A stretch of DNA of 62,243 bases, the filler included, from Basidiobolus ranarum (Eukaryota), in the NCBI GenBank assembly GCA_040143965.1. It is 28 parts of 28 records of this genome, joined end to end, with 100 filler letters (N's around TTAATTAATTAA, not from the genome) between each part and the next. Parts side by side here need not be neighbours in the genome. Positions count along the whole stretch, not along the records: positions 24,565 to 26,693 come from JASJQH010003740.1; positions 26,794 to 28,921 come from JASJQH010003741.1; positions 29,022 to 31,148 come from JASJQH010003742.1; positions 31,249 to 33,375 come from JASJQH010003743.1; positions 33,476 to 35,601 come from JASJQH010003744.1; positions 35,702 to 37,826 come from JASJQH010003745.1; positions 37,927 to 40,050 come from JASJQH010003746.1; 21 more parts are not named here. One strand, given 5' to 3'. Both the position numbers and the translations under genes were made by a program. The notes beneath the pieces are model-generated. The model made no database searches. It saw only the letters and a program-made list of their open reading frames with translations, and had not been told where the DNA came from. Positions 24,813 to 38,420 of this stretch are shown here, in pieces; the stretch's first letter is position 1, and the number at the start of each line of letters is the position of its first letter.

Positions 24813-26590
24813 GATCCCCTTGAGTAAAATATTCTTAGGCTTGTGGCTAAGACCAAGTTTGATATTAGACTGACTGTTTGGTGAGTTGAAATCAGTGACC
24901 ATGTGGAAATCTGACTGAGCTCTTGATGATAAAATCATGGAGTTTAGTGGTGTATTTGAATAGTGATAATGTGTTTGCCTGATAGAGTAAACTCCATTGA
25001 TTTGACAAAATCTACAGCAGGATAGTGCATTAGGCCTGCAAAAACCTCCAAGTTTGCTGATGGCAGGAGTGTCACCAATGCATACAATAATATTAGCTTT
25101 AATAAAATATTCACCCATCTGAACCCATTAAATAACCATTCAAATTCCACAATAAAAGGCTCTAAGAAGCTCTCTATAAGCACTAGTTCTTTAGGTCCAG
25201 ATTTGATGGATAGTATCAAAATATTATGACTCTTATACCATTCAGAAGGAGGGAGATTTAAGTTGATCAAAATTTTTGGCCAGCAAGCCTTTCCAATGGT
25301 ATATTTTTTTAGTGAGAAACCATCCAAAGCAAATGCAAATGCATGATCATACATGTTCTCAAAGAAACCTTGACTTTTCAAATTCTGGTAGTGATATCCA
25401 TTAAGTATACTGGTAATACCATCAGCTTATGGTGAGTAATTTGGTATTGGATCAATGATCTATATTTGAGTGCTTTCATCAAAACTTTAAGATGGGGAAT
25501 CTATGTTATGTCAGCCAAATATGAAAAAATTTTACCTAATTCAGTGATTGCCAATTGTGTGCAAACAGTACATGACTTCAGGTTTCTCACATCACTGGTG
25601 AAAGCCACACAACCATTTGCACATGAAGGTAATATATTACTGAAGGATTATAAGTCATACAAGTGACAAGTGTTTACCATGTGTACCAGGTCTGTGGCAA
25701 GCAACAGTTGCCAATCAACTCTGGTAAAAGTGTAAGAAAACCAATAAACACCTGGTTGCTACGATAGGATCAAACTCTCCACTCCTCAATAATCAAAGAT
25801 GCTTCCTTTACAGCAAGTGTTATGGGTGGACTAATGTTTGTCAATAACAAAGAGTCCGTAACAAAACTGTTGTCTTCTTCTTCAACTTTTGATGTACTAC
25901 CATTGGTACTGCAATAACCAAGGTGAACATCTAGCAGCAAGTCCTCAAAGTTGTCTGGACTTACTAGCTTGGCCAGAGTTGCATTTCTACCTACACCGTT
26001 CTGGTCATATAGCTGTGGTACTCCATGGTATCTTGACTTTTGGCAGTGTTACCAAAATTTGAGGCAAAGTACAGTCAGTGAATTCAATGGGCAAAACCAA
26101 AGTCAATTTAGTACACCTATTACTGTTGTTATACACCAGGCTTTGTGCAGCTGGTGGCTTTGTACAGTGACCATGCTTATGATTAGTGTATTTATGAACC
26201 CTCCTGCTTTCAAAGCACAAGAATTTGTGACAATAATAGCAGGGCTTCTTTAAATGTTTATGCTGCAGCATGAGAAGGATATCATAGAAAAAAGAACACC
26301 TCCTATGTAAGGGTAGTTTTTAGGTATAGCCCATCAATATCATCAGCCGATTCTGAGATGGTGTCACAGATTAGTCATCATGGGATTTACAAGATATTTC
26401 TGGTAATGGATGGCAATTTTGGTTTATTATAAGCTGTTTCTAGGCAATTTCATTACACCAAGTTTACCATCTGAATATTTTACTGCCATTCAAAAAGTGT
26501 TCAAAATATAAATCAAAATTGGCTGCCAAGTCAAAGCCTGCTGGCACATAAGGAAAAAAATCAGCAAGAACAGAGGACTTGATTGATCAT
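24813..26590 (-). mobile_element. CACTA-type transposase 5' half (degenerate) plus divergent start of ORF2
   Basis: ORFs 24771-25381 carry ALDGF and GDTPAISKLGG motifs, with a Cys/His-rich N-terminus at 26005-26271. 26300-26590 matches the ORF2 5' region. Confidence 0.85.
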
Positions 26591-27599
26591 AGCCTGACTT
26601 AAGATCAAATTTGCAAAGACTTTGGCACTACCAAGTTGATACAATAGCTCTTCCATCTGGGCAATAGAATATTTGTTCCTTGTAGTAGCTGAGNNNNNNN
26701 NNNNNNNNNNNNNNNNNNNNNNNNNNNNNNNNNNNNNTTAATTAATTAANNNNNNNNNNNNNNNNNNNNNNNNNNNNNNNNNNNNNNNNNNNNGATCGAG
26801 TGTTATAGGACCCAGCCATGGTAATTGACAGATCGCGCCAGATGGTGTGCTAGCAGGCTGGATCGAGCGGCACGATCTGACCTGGTCCGATGGAACAAGT
26901 CTAAAGCTTCCCCACTTTTACTGCCATTAATAGTGCACTGAAATTTGATTGGACAATACTTATTGAAGTAACAAAATAAATTGACTAGCTGCCTCCTGGT
27001 AGGTAATGGAGTATCTGAGCCATAGTATTTCTCAAATATTGCTTCTAGGATGGTGATAGGAAGGCCAGTAGTTGCTTGTGGATGAATGAGGAATACCATT
27101 TAGAGTAGATGGAGAGCATGATACTAATCTTGTATTGGGCTGGCAAGATACTAATTGATCTGGCTCACATGAGATAATTATCCAAGAATTTCAAATATAA
27201 TGGTAAAATTCCCAATATTCTGTATAATAAAATCTCTGATCATGTTTATTATCCTGTTTTATTTCATTTATGTGATATTATATAATAAACTGCATAAGCA
27301 AAGTTAATCCCAATTCAATCAGAATCAATTTACTTTGCATACATATCAAAACAGCTCAATGTGGAACATATTATGCTTGATCAAACTATAGGAAAGTTAC
27401 TTTGACATTTCAACCAATAATATAAAAAGATCCCTAATTCTGATTGCAATCAATGAAATCTAACATTATAGATATATATAATAGTTACATATCATGTCAA
27501 AACAGATTCTTCCTGATTCACAGCCTACTTTGGTACAGGAAACAACCATTTCAAAAATTCCATGCATGAAGTCAAATGAAGGTGTAGGCGGTGAAGGCA

Positions 27600-28200
27600 G
27601 CATGTGCCAAATAATTTTATAAGTGCCCAGGTATCCACTGTGAATTCACACTTGGATGTATGGGAGTTATTGATAAACCTAACAGAAGCTGAGGAAGGAG
27701 GCATTCGACAAAAGTGGAAGCTACTTTCAACTCTGCTTTGGAGAGAATACTATATCTTCATGCCTTCAGAAGTCTGCAAGAAAATATATATTAGAACTCA
27801 TGACAATAAAAAGCATGAATTGAGAAATAGGAATTTTGATTTCAAGTCCTGAAAGTCACAATGCCAATTGCATTTTTGCTTGTATGGACTGGAAGTAAAC
27901 ATTGTACCCTCAACTTTAGACACAAAAAATGTTCCAAGTAGATATCTACCATGTACCTGGAAGCATGTTTATTTAGCAACATTAATACAATTGTGAGGCT
28001 TGATGGAGTTTCAAACACAAACTTGTGTGGTATATGACCTAAACCTAGGGTATGAAGTAACTTTTAGCAATATTCAACAAACTGTATCAAAGAAATAAGG
28101 ATTTCAAAGGTGAAAATTCAGGATTCCAGTGCAAAATTTGTAAGATTTGGCTTATGTGTCCTACACACATGTTGCTACTAAGTTTTTTGAAAATGTAACT
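27600..28200 (+). mobile_element. Diverged CACTA-type subfamily, ORF2 3' end relic
   Basis: 28010-28120 resembles 21155-21260. HLDVWE parallels HADIWE. Confidence 0.45.
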
Positions 28201-28720
28201 AAATCTAACTGACAGATATATTAGTTACATGACCTTGACTAATTTTAACTATTTACTTGAGATATTTCCAAAACACCTCAAATGCTCACCCATGCTTTAT
28301 AGATGTGTTTGTGAAGATCCAAACTTGGCTAACAGTCATATTTCATTGTAAATTCCACATACAACATATTCAATGTTCACAAATTAATTGTGTTGGATCC
28401 ACAAGTAAAATTGTTGGCCAGCAATTTCCTAATCACTGACAAACTGTTCCCAAGGATTAGTTGCTACCCAGCTGATCTTGCAGTTCAGGTGTAAATCCTG
28501 AGTATTCCTCTTGATAAGCTCCTGTCCTATTTTAGCATACCCAATACTAGCTTACTCAATCCTCCATTACTCTTGATTACTTAAGAATTATAGCTCATTG
28601 AGTAGATTGGTTTCTTGCATTACTTGCAAACAATTGATTTCATTTTAGAGGCATCATTATTGAAGACTGTTTGAGGTATGATGTCCATAATAAAAGCCTG
28701 GTGTGCACTAACTTACTGTT

Positions 28721-28921
28721 CCCTAACAGAAATTTGAGGATTGTTATCGTAGGAAAACCGTCACAATTTTAATCCATTTGGGGTTGACCGTTTACTTACC
28801 GTCATAAAAACGTCAAGTTAGATTTGATTTTAATCAATTTTTTCAGTTTCAGGAGTGAAATTTCAAGATCTCGCAAAATAGTTGCAAATGATTGGCTAAA
28901 ATCTCAGAGAACTATGGATCA
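28721..28921 (+). mobile_element. CACTA-type left terminus, CpG-retaining (younger) copy
   Basis: Begins CCCTAACAGAAATTTGAGG and is the reverse complement of 21315-21515 and 42374-42508. Confidence 0.85.
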
Positions 28922-29021
28922 NNNNNNNNNNNNNNNNNNNNNNNNNNNNNNNNNNNNNNNNNNNNTTAATTAATTAANNNNNNNNNNNNNNNNNNNNNNN
29001 NNNNNNNNNNNNNNNNNNNNN

Positions 29022-30131
29022 AATGGATACAAATCTTAACTTGACCAAAAATGGCTCAAATCAGACTTTCTTGCATTCTTATGAATGCCAGAATTTTGAT
29101 GATCAAGGGTGGGTTGGTAGTTTGATGTGTATCATGGTGGGAACATGGCGAGATATTACATAATCTGTGGGAGTTATGTGCCAATATCTTCAAATTTATG
29201 GATCTGATCAAATCATAGCAGTTAAGTGAATTTTCCAGTATTTGAATGATACTGTGGATCTATGCTTAAAATACACATATTCTGGATCAAACTTTGATCT
29301 GATGGGAAATTCAGATTCAAATTGGGGAAGAGATATTGAAGACAGGAGATCTACAACAGGATACTTTTTTCTTTGCTGTAGTGGAGCTATTTCTTGGAAT
29401 TCAAAGAAACAACCTACCTTAGCACTTTTAACAACAGAAGATGAATATATGGCTGCCTGTGAAGCAGCAAAAGAAGCAATATGGTTAAGAAAACTCTTAA
29501 CAGATTTGGGTTATTCTCAAACTTCACCATTGATAATATTTCTAGACAATTAAAGTTGTATCAAATTAGCTAGAAATCCCATGTTCAATAATAGAAGCAA
29601 ACACATAGATATTAAGCATCACTTCATTAGAGAGACTATAGAGAATAAGTTTATTGACTTAACTTATTGTTCCACAGAAGAAATGATTGCTAATATATTA
29701 GCCAAACCATTAACTAGACAGAAATTTGGGAAATTTAGACCTTTATTAGGATTAGTTTATATGACTATTTAGTTGAGGGAGAGTGTTGAAATTAGCTTTG
29801 CCTGAACACCTATATAGTCATATATAGCTTAGTGCTTAGTTGTCTTGTAATTGACTAAGATATTATCCATTATTCTCAATTGGAATTTACTTAGAATATT
29901 TTTACCAACTTAGAAGTTCTCAGATATATATATTTTTCAAACCTGTGCCAGAAGCCCCAAACTTTGCACACATATTCCTGGGACCTTTCTTAACACATTC
30001 TACATGTTTTTCTGTTTACATCTTGACAAAACTATAAATGTTAACTTTCTACTCAATAAATCACCAAGTGAAAACCACCAATTCCTCTAATTCTCCAAAC
30101 CACTTCCAATAGGCTCCCAAATACTTTAACA
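29022..30131 (+). mobile_element. Copia A RT end, RNase H, PPT and 3' LTR (29784-30131)
   Basis: SDSNWG...RRSTTGY...WNSKKQ, RSKHIDIKHHFIRE, then GAGGGAGAG-TGTTG. Confidence 0.93.
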
Positions 30132-31248
30132 TGTATGACTATATAGAATCTTAGGCTATGCTTCTTTCAATATTAAGTGCCAGATTATTACTATTTTGTA
30201 TGCAGTCAGTACTCTTTAATGCTTTGTAATTTGGAAATCTTGCAGTTCAAATAATGACACATGTTCTGGAGAGACATTGAATGCATGCAGAGAACCAACA
30301 TTTATGAGCTTATGAAGAGCTTCTCCAATATGCTACTCAGCCTTCTTACTAGTAGTGTATCCATGTTAGTGATTTGTTTCATTTCCAATACTTACTAAAT
30401 ATGTATCTTCCACTCAATAAAATATGATTCAAATTGATTTTGTTTTTGATAAGCACCACTGATACTAGCAATTAAACCCAAGCATGCAACATTGGAAATG
30501 TTATTTACGCTATGCTAACACTCAGTAAGACAAACCTCCGAAGTGAAGTGACAACAATATATACAGTATATCAGTCATATGCTTCACTGCATTACTCAGC
30601 TGGGGCATATTTGAACTTATGGAAGGAAACTCTAATCGGAACTAATGATTTCTCCTCTTTGTTCAATATCGATGTAATTACATGAACACATTACATATGC
30701 TTTCAAATGTAGGGGCGATATAGAAATAGTTTTAGATTTCCTTCTCCGTTGGCTCATTCTTACCAATACAATAAATATATTCCCAGGGTTTTATACTGAG
30801 ACGACGATTGTAATTCTTGAGTGATCTGGTAAAAATTACCAAACTTTGACCCAATCTTCCCTCTGAAACAAGGCTGAAATATGGGAAAATTGCTTGGATT
30901 TATATACAGGCTATTCCAACTATAATCGGTGTTACTGTAGGCTGTCTCCAAACAGGTATTGGGAGATGTCAGAGATTTAGGTACTTCATTAAGCATTTTT
31001 ATCATGGACTGGGGACTTTGATAGTAATCATTAACAGTTAGTGGGGCTTATATGTACTATTCACCTCAATTACATAAGCTCTGTACCCCTACTTGAATCG
31101 AGGTAATCCTTGTCAATAACCTTTACAAGACAAGAGTATAGGGGAATGNNNNNNNNNNNNNNNNNNNNNNNNNNNNNNNNNNNNNNNNNNNNTTAATTAA
31201 TTAANNNNNNNNNNNNNNNNNNNNNNNNNNNNNNNNNNNNNNNNNNNN

Positions 31249-33375
31249 GGTATATGGGTTCTGCAATTTCAGAGAAATTGGGAATCCATATTCTGAAAAA
31301 TCCACAAGCAGCCACAAATCCTCTAGCTTGGGTTAAGTTGCTTGGCGTGGGCCATGTGAGAAGTTTCTCAATCTTAGATGGTCCTGGTGTTCTTCCATGA
31401 ATGTCACATTTCTGCCCAACTATGGATATTTCTGGCATTCCAAAGTCACTTTTCTCACCACTTATAGTGAGTCCAGCTTTCTCAATTTCGGTCAAAATCT
31501 GGTCATTGTCTTGTATATGGTCATATACAAATCTTCTTACTCCTGGGAGTACTTCAGTTGTGTCTTTGATAGGTGATCCTTTTATGCCAATGTCATCTAC
31601 AAATACAGCTAACTTGTCAGGGATGAACTTGTAGAGGACATTGACCATCACACGTTGAAACTGTGCAACAGAGTTAGTTCCACCTTGGCTCAGTCTTGTC
31701 ATTCTAAGCAGCCCAAATGGAGTCTGTAGTCCAAACATGTCTCTTGAGGTTTCATCAATAGGTATTTGGTCATATCCTGAGTATAGGTCATATGTTGAAT
31801 ATATGGAAGCTCCTGCAAAGCTCTCTGCAAACTCATCAATTGAAGGAGGTACTGCAGCATCCCTGATTGTTACTGCATTGGCTGGCTGCATGTCTTGTAT
31901 GAATCTCAGTTTGCCATTCTTCTTCTTTGTGACAAACCAGCGATTGGCATAGGGTCCATAGCATGGTTCTAGGATTCCAGCTTTAATCTTACTCTTAAGA
32001 AGTGCATGTACATCTGGTTGCAGGCCTCTTGGTAGTGGGTAAGGTTTATAGGACCATGGTGTGTGTTCTACGGTGTGAATTTTTATCGGTTTCTCAATTG
32101 AGGGCAGCAGTAGTCCCATTTCCTGGTCATTGTATGCAAAGACTTGGTCATGCCTAACAATCATATCTCTGAATAGTTTAACTTCCTGAGGGCTGAGGTT
32201 GCCATTCCCAATCTTGATAGTAGCTAGTCTCTCTGGAGTTAGTCTGACGGTAGTGTTGTTGTCTAGTGGCTCCCTTTCCAGATTGGCTGGTCTGGTTCCA
32301 TCAGTGAGTGGTTCAAGGGAAGGTTTTACTTTAGTAGCAACCGTCTTGTACTTTGTCCTGACAATGGCTTCTTGTACTTTAGGTCCTAAAGCAGCTCCCC
32401 AAGCTAAGTTTGAGTCGGATGTATAATGTATTTGGTAGTGAGTATCTTCTTTGATGGTGCTTCTGCATTCAGTTTGAGTTCTATGGTCAGTGGCTGGTGC
32501 TCCACAAAAGTTTGCAAGTAGTCCTGGGTTACTTCCATAAATGGTGTACCAAACAGATCCATCAGGGTAATTCATGACCATTGCTCGTGCTTTTGTTTCC
32601 CAAGGTCTTCCAAGTAGTAGGTTGAAGTTTGCTTTTTGGCAGATGAAGACAGGTACAGTGTGCTCTACTCCTTGTATGTTTATGGGAAATGCATGAATGA
32701 CTCCTAAAAGTGAAGAGACTCCAGTGTTGGCATCACGCATATTCCAGTGTATGTCAGTATCCATTGGGAGCAAGTGTTTGCATGGTAATGACTTATAGAA
32801 GTCCATTGGCATCACACAAATCTCTGACCCACTATCAATATGGCATCGTATAAGGTCTCCATGAGTAGTCCCACTAACTATGGCTGTGGCCACTGAGTAG
32901 TATGTGAATGTTGGTGTTTCCTTGTTCATCTTGGGAAGTGGTTCATCATGAGTTGTCTGTATAATTCTTGCAGAAGGTTGTTCTATAGGTTGTCTCCTAG
33001 TACGTATGTTGTCATCTAGATTCTTTCTGACTGTAGGTGAAACACTCACAAGCTCCCCAATTGTCACAGAGAGGCGAGAGTCTAAGATTCTCTCAGTCAG
33101 TGTCTCAGGATCTGCCTTCTTGCTAATCTTGGATTGCATCTGATAGTTAGGCTGTCGATGTCCATCTTCAGTAGTTCTTGTTGTTGGTTTTGGAATGTTC
33201 TCAATAACAACCTCTGGCTCTGAAAATCTTGCCTTCTGTGTACCAGTAGGTCTTAGGTCCTCAGGTGGAGAAGTTCTCTTGGTTGCATAAGCTTCAGCTA
33301 AGCGAGAAAATTCATCTTCATTGTCAGATTCCAATGTTTGGTTCTGGTGTTTGTCAACAGCAAAGTGCTGTGTGT
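31249..33375 (-). mobile_element. Ty3/Gypsy gag-end/protease/reverse transcriptase, uninterrupted ORF
   Basis: Protease IDSGSEI...LLGRPW. RT motifs KKKNGKLRFIQD, DLYSGYDQI, RLSQG and VFVDDI. The frame is open across the whole contig. Confidence 0.95.
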
Positions 33376-33475
33376 NNNNNNNNNNNNNNNNNNNNNNNNN
33401 NNNNNNNNNNNNNNNNNNNTTAATTAATTAANNNNNNNNNNNNNNNNNNNNNNNNNNNNNNNNNNNNNNNNNNNN

Positions 33476-35133
33476 ATACAACACTAAACTTCATGATTTT
33501 ACCATCAAGAGCCTGGTCAGATTTCAACATGATCACTGATATCAATTCACCAAATAGTCAATCTAACATCAAACTTGGTATTAGCCATAAGCCTTAGATT
33601 ATATTGCTAAAGGGTAGCAGCTGGAGCCAGAGCATCCCATTAGGCGCTATGCACTTACTATTTGACTACATTCCAATACTACTTACTCAGCTATATAGTG
33701 GAAAATTCAATATCAATGAGCCATTTGAGATAGGATCAAAGTTTAAATTGATTGGGAAAATGCTTGAAAACATCACAATACCATCATATTTTACCAGGAC
33801 TCCTAATAATATCCACTCTTCTAGGTGTTTATTCAAATGCAAAGACTGGAAGTATTGGATTTGTATATATTCAAGTGAAATTTTGAAAAGACTATTGCCT
33901 GATAAGTATCGGCAACATTGGGAGTTGTTGGTTGATATTGTTAATATATTCTTATGGCATCAACTCATATTGGCAGATCTCAGGCAGATACAGCAACTGT
34001 GCAACAATTTTGTTATTGGATATGAAAAACTTTATTACAGGTTTAAAGAAGATAGACTGAATCTATGCTGGTATTCAATACATTCCCCACTGGATCTTGT
34101 AGAATGCTTAGAGATTATAGGCCCTTGCTATACATTCTGGGAGTTCCCAATAGAGCACACCTGTGGTGAAATGATGCTCTGTGTGAAATTGTCCGCATTA
34201 CCCTATGCTAATCTGATTAAAAATGTATTTGTAAAATCAGTGATGGATGTAATGCCCTAGGTTAAGGAGACTCCAAAGTATATTAACCTGCCAACAAAGG
34301 GCTCTTTTCAATGTGCTCATGGGTTTTTGCATTTTTTGAACACAATAACAGCCACAAAGCCTAATCCATGGACACAGAGTAAGTACCTTTATAATTGGAC
34401 TAACTTGCTTGTGTGATAATCTGGTGGTATTTTTAGGAAAGCTGCAAGACAGACTTCTTGGTGAGATAGATGGATATATGCAGTATTATTGTTTTAACCA
34501 TGGGTTAATCTATTCAAGCAACAACACATCTACTTGTGGCAGGACATTTGTTGACTGCAAGTTGGAGATATATTGGCTGATTCTTTATGGAAATTTGCCA
34601 AAATCCAAGATCTTATCCTCATTTTGAATGGTAAGAAGAGTCAGCTTTTGCCAAGTGTCAGTGCTATTCAAAATTTCTGATGTTTAGCAATTTTTCCACC
34701 ATTGGTTTGCTGGTATAGCACATGGATGTTGTTGAGTTATTTCTAATCAGTCAAATATGTGCATATGTAGAAACTAAACACAATGAAATTCTTGTATTTT
34801 TTGATTCTTGTTATGGCTGTAATACAAAGCCTAAAATATCTAAATAAAGGCATGCATACTAATTTGAATTCCTACAGCAATAAACCCAGTAATTTGCCAT
34901 TCAAAAATTGTATTTTTGCAAAAATTGCAGTATATTGAATAACGCATGCCAAATTTGAGGATCAATATTTTAACATGTATGAATACCATTAAGATACTGA
35001 CAAGAAGCCACCATCACACCATCAAAATCCCTGGCAGAATGCAAGCCAACAATATTTTGACAGTTCTCTGACAGTTTTGCTATTTCAAAGGGTGGATCCA
35101 ATCTGGATCAAATCAATTGTATTTTTGTTAGGG
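33476..35133 (+). mobile_element. CACTA-type transposase 3' half and right terminus
   Basis: ORF 33604-34260 includes YSIHSPL...GPCYTFWEFPIE. The element ends ATTTTTGTTAGGG at 35133. Confidence 0.88.
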
Positions 35134-35601
35134 TACCTTTGTCTGCCAAATATGATTCAATTCTGGTAATTGTTGACCATCTCACAAAGATGGCCCACTC
35201 TGTGCCCAGTAACAAGTCAGTTGATGCAAAACAAACAGCATAATTGGTAACTTAAAACATCTCTGTCTACATGGACTTCCTGAAACTGGCATCTCTGACC
35301 AAGGGCCCCAGTTTGCTTCAAAATTCTGGAAAAGTCTCCTCCATACCTTGGACATCTCTGCCAATCTCTCCACTGCCTTCTATCCCAAATCTGATGGCCA
35401 AACCAAAAGAGTCAATCAAGTTTTGGAACAATATTTGCTATGCACTATCAACTATAACCAGGATAATTGGACACAACTCTTGCCTCTTGCTGAATTTGCT
35501 TACAACAACTCTTATCATACCTCAACAAAGGAAACACCTTTCTTTGCAAATTATGGATTCCATCCTTGTTTCACAATTCACCCACCATCCAATCTACCTT
35601 G
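35134..35601 (+). mobile_element. Gypsy integrase core, degenerate
   Basis: ILVIVDHLTKMAH, SDQGPQFASKFW, STAFYPKSDGQTKRVNQVLEQYL and LPLAEFAYNNS. Confidence 0.92.
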
Positions 35602-35701
35602 NNNNNNNNNNNNNNNNNNNNNNNNNNNNNNNNNNNNNNNNNNNNTTAATTAATTAANNNNNNNNNNNNNNNNNNNNNNNNNNNNNNNNNNNNNNNNNNN
35701 N

Positions 35702-36075
35702 ATACGTGATCATAAAAGACTAGGGCCTTTTAAGATTATTAAGCAAATCAATTCAGTAGCCTTCCACCTTGAACTCCCTTCCCATTTCAAAGTCCACAGT
35801 GTATTCCATGTGTCTCTCTTAGAGCCATATGCCCAAAACACCTTGCAGGGCTGATCCATTGACCTATACCCAGCAATCAAAGTGTAGGAACACCCTGAAT
35901 CAGAAGTTAGCCAGATCCTAAATTCCAGAATTTAGTGACATTAGTTGCAATATTTAGTGAACTGGAAGGGATACCCAACAAATGAGCAATCATGGGAGCT
36001 AGCAACAAATCTTTCCAATTTCAAGAAACTCTACCAGGAGTTTCATGAAGCCTACCCAGTAAAACCTGCCCTATG
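35702..36075 (+). mobile_element. Chromovirus integrase C-terminus with chromodomain, degenerate
   Basis: Manual translation gives [10 protein letters not shown]...[13 protein letters not shown] and EVSQILNSR...QYLVNWKGYPTNEQSWE, with in-frame stops. Confidence 0.88.
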
Positions 36076-36097
36076 ATGTCTAGAAGCCATCACTAAA

Positions 36098-37826
36098 CCC
36101 TAATAAAAATAAAATCAATTTGATGCGGATTGGATCCACCCTCCAAAATAGCAAAACCGTCAGAGAACTGGTACAATATTGTTGGCTTGCATTCTGCCAG
36201 GGATTTTGATGGTGTGATGGTGGTTTCTTAAAGGTATCTTAACGGTGTTCATGCATGTTAAAATATTGATCCTTAAATTTGACATGTGTTGTTCAATATC
36301 TAGCAATTTTTGCAAAAGTATAATTTTTGAATGGCAAATTACTGGGTTTACTGCTGTAGGAATTCAAATTAATATGCATGCCTTTATTGATATATTTTAG
36401 GCTTTGTATTCCAGCCATCATGGAATCAAAAAATGCAAGAATCTTGTTGTGGTTAGTCTCTACATATGCACATATTTGACTGATTAGACATAACTCAACA
36501 ACAACCATATGCGTTACCAGCAAACTGTAGGTGGAAAAATTGCTAAACATCTGAAATTTTGAATAGCACTGACACTGGGCAAATAGCTGACTTGTGTCAC
36601 TGTTCACAATGAGAATAGCTCTTGGATTTTGGCAAATTTCCATAAAGAATTTAGCCAATATATCCCTGATTTGCAGTCAACAAATGTCCTGCCACAAGTA
36701 GATGTGTCATTGCTTGGATAAATTACCCCATGGCTAAAACAATAAAAATGCATATCTCCATCTATCTCACCAAGAAATATGTCTTGCAGCTTTCCTAAAA
36801 ATACAGCCAGATTATCACACAAGAAAATTAGTCCAATTATAGAGGTACTTACTCTGTGTCTATGGATTTGAGCTTTGTTGCTGTTATTGTGCTTAAAAAA
36901 ATGCAAAAACTAGTGAGCACATTGAAAAGAGCCCTTTGTTGGCAGGTTAATATACTCTGGAGTCTCCTTAACCCATTGCATTACATCCATCATTGCTTTT
37001 GCTGATACATTGTTAATCAGAGTAGCATATGGTAATACTTACAATTTCACACAGAGCATCATTTCACTGCAGGTGCACTCCATTGGGAACTCTCAGAATG
37101 TAGACCAAGGGCCTATAATCTCTAAGCATTGTGAAAAATGCCGCAGGGAATGTATTGAATACCAGCATAGATTCAGTCTACCTTCTTTAAACCTGTAATA
37201 AAGTTTTTCATATCCTATTACAAAAGCTTTGCACAGTTGCTGTATCTGCCTAATATTGGCCAATGTGAGTTGACGGTGTAAGAATATATTAACAATATCC
37301 ACAAACAACTCCCAATGTTGCCAATACTTATCAGGTGGAAATCTTTTCAAAATTCCACTTGAATATATACAAATTCAATACTTCCAGTCTTGGCATTTGA
37401 ATAAACACCTAGATGAGTCGCTATTGATGGGAGTCCCAGTAAGATATGATGGTATCTTGACGTTTTCAAGCATTTTCCCAATTGATTCAAACTTTGATCC
37501 TTTCTCAGATGGCTCATTCATATTGAATTTTCCAATATATAGCTGAGTAACTAGTTTTGAATGTTGTTTAATAGTAAGTGCTTGGTGCCTAATGGAAAGC
37601 TCTGGCTCCAGCTGATCCCCTTTAGCAATATAATCTTAGGCTTACAGCTAATACCAAATTTGATGTTGGACTGATTATTTGGTGAATTGATATCAGTGAG
37701 CATGTTTAAATCTGACTGGGCTCTTGATGGTAAAGTCATGAAGTTTAGTGTTGTAGTTGGATAGTAGTAATGTGTATGCCTGTTAGAGTAAACTCCATTG
37801 ATTTGACAAAATCTACAGCAAGATAG
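36098..37826 (-). mobile_element. CACTA-type right terminus and transposase 3' half
   Basis: CCCTAATAAAAAT at 36098. The region is the reverse-complement homologue of 33476-35133. Confidence 0.88.
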
Positions 37827-37926
37827 NNNNNNNNNNNNNNNNNNNNNNNNNNNNNNNNNNNNNNNNNNNNTTAATTAATTAANNNNNNNNNNNNNNNNNN
37901 NNNNNNNNNNNNNNNNNNNNNNNNNN

Positions 37927-38420
37927 AACTTTTGGATTCTTCCCATATCATATTAGAGTAGTTTTACTCAGGGCAAGATTTCTACTCCAACTAAATGACT
38001 GCAGAAATCCACTGATTAAAAAGTGGCTAGCCACACCATCATCAAATGCACTATCATGCTGGAAATTGATACAAGATGATCCTCTTGTTTCTGAGTTAGC
38101 TTTACAGCTGCATGAAACAAAACAGCCTAAAATTGTTGCTATAGACTTCCAGCTAGACCTTTGGAAGCAATACCTTGCCTCCAAGACACCTTTCTTGATT
38201 CCCATTATTTCAGGTTTTTGTCCTATTGTCCATCTGGTTTGTACTGAGTACCTTCCTTTCTGCTTACCACCTTTGCCCCTTAACACTATATTTACATCCT
38301 CTGAACTTGATTACATTGGTCATCAGGTTAAGTATGGATATGATCCAGTATTGTCATAATATCTTAAAAGAATGATGTCTTGATTGTCACTTTGTTTAGA
38401 TTAGTATTTAAGCTAAATAA
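37927..38420 (+). mobile_element. Possible non-LTR retrotransposon ORF 3' relic
   Basis: CpG-free. RVVLLRARFLLQL...WKL loosely resembles post-RT regions of fungal LINEs, but no diagnostic motif is present. Confidence 0.3.

Noticed and set aside
26803-27099. 98-aa ORF
   Set aside because: It may be a real exon, but there is no recognisable family or supporting signal.
31401-32426. Plus-strand ORFs within the Gypsy pol; likewise the alternative-frame ORFs over the GH20 and TE regions
   Set aside because: These are antisense or alternate-frame shadows of the real coding frames.
35134-36075. Apparent continuous integrase-chromodomain across the spacer
   Set aside because: The contigs are length-sorted, so the colinearity cannot be taken as physical linkage.
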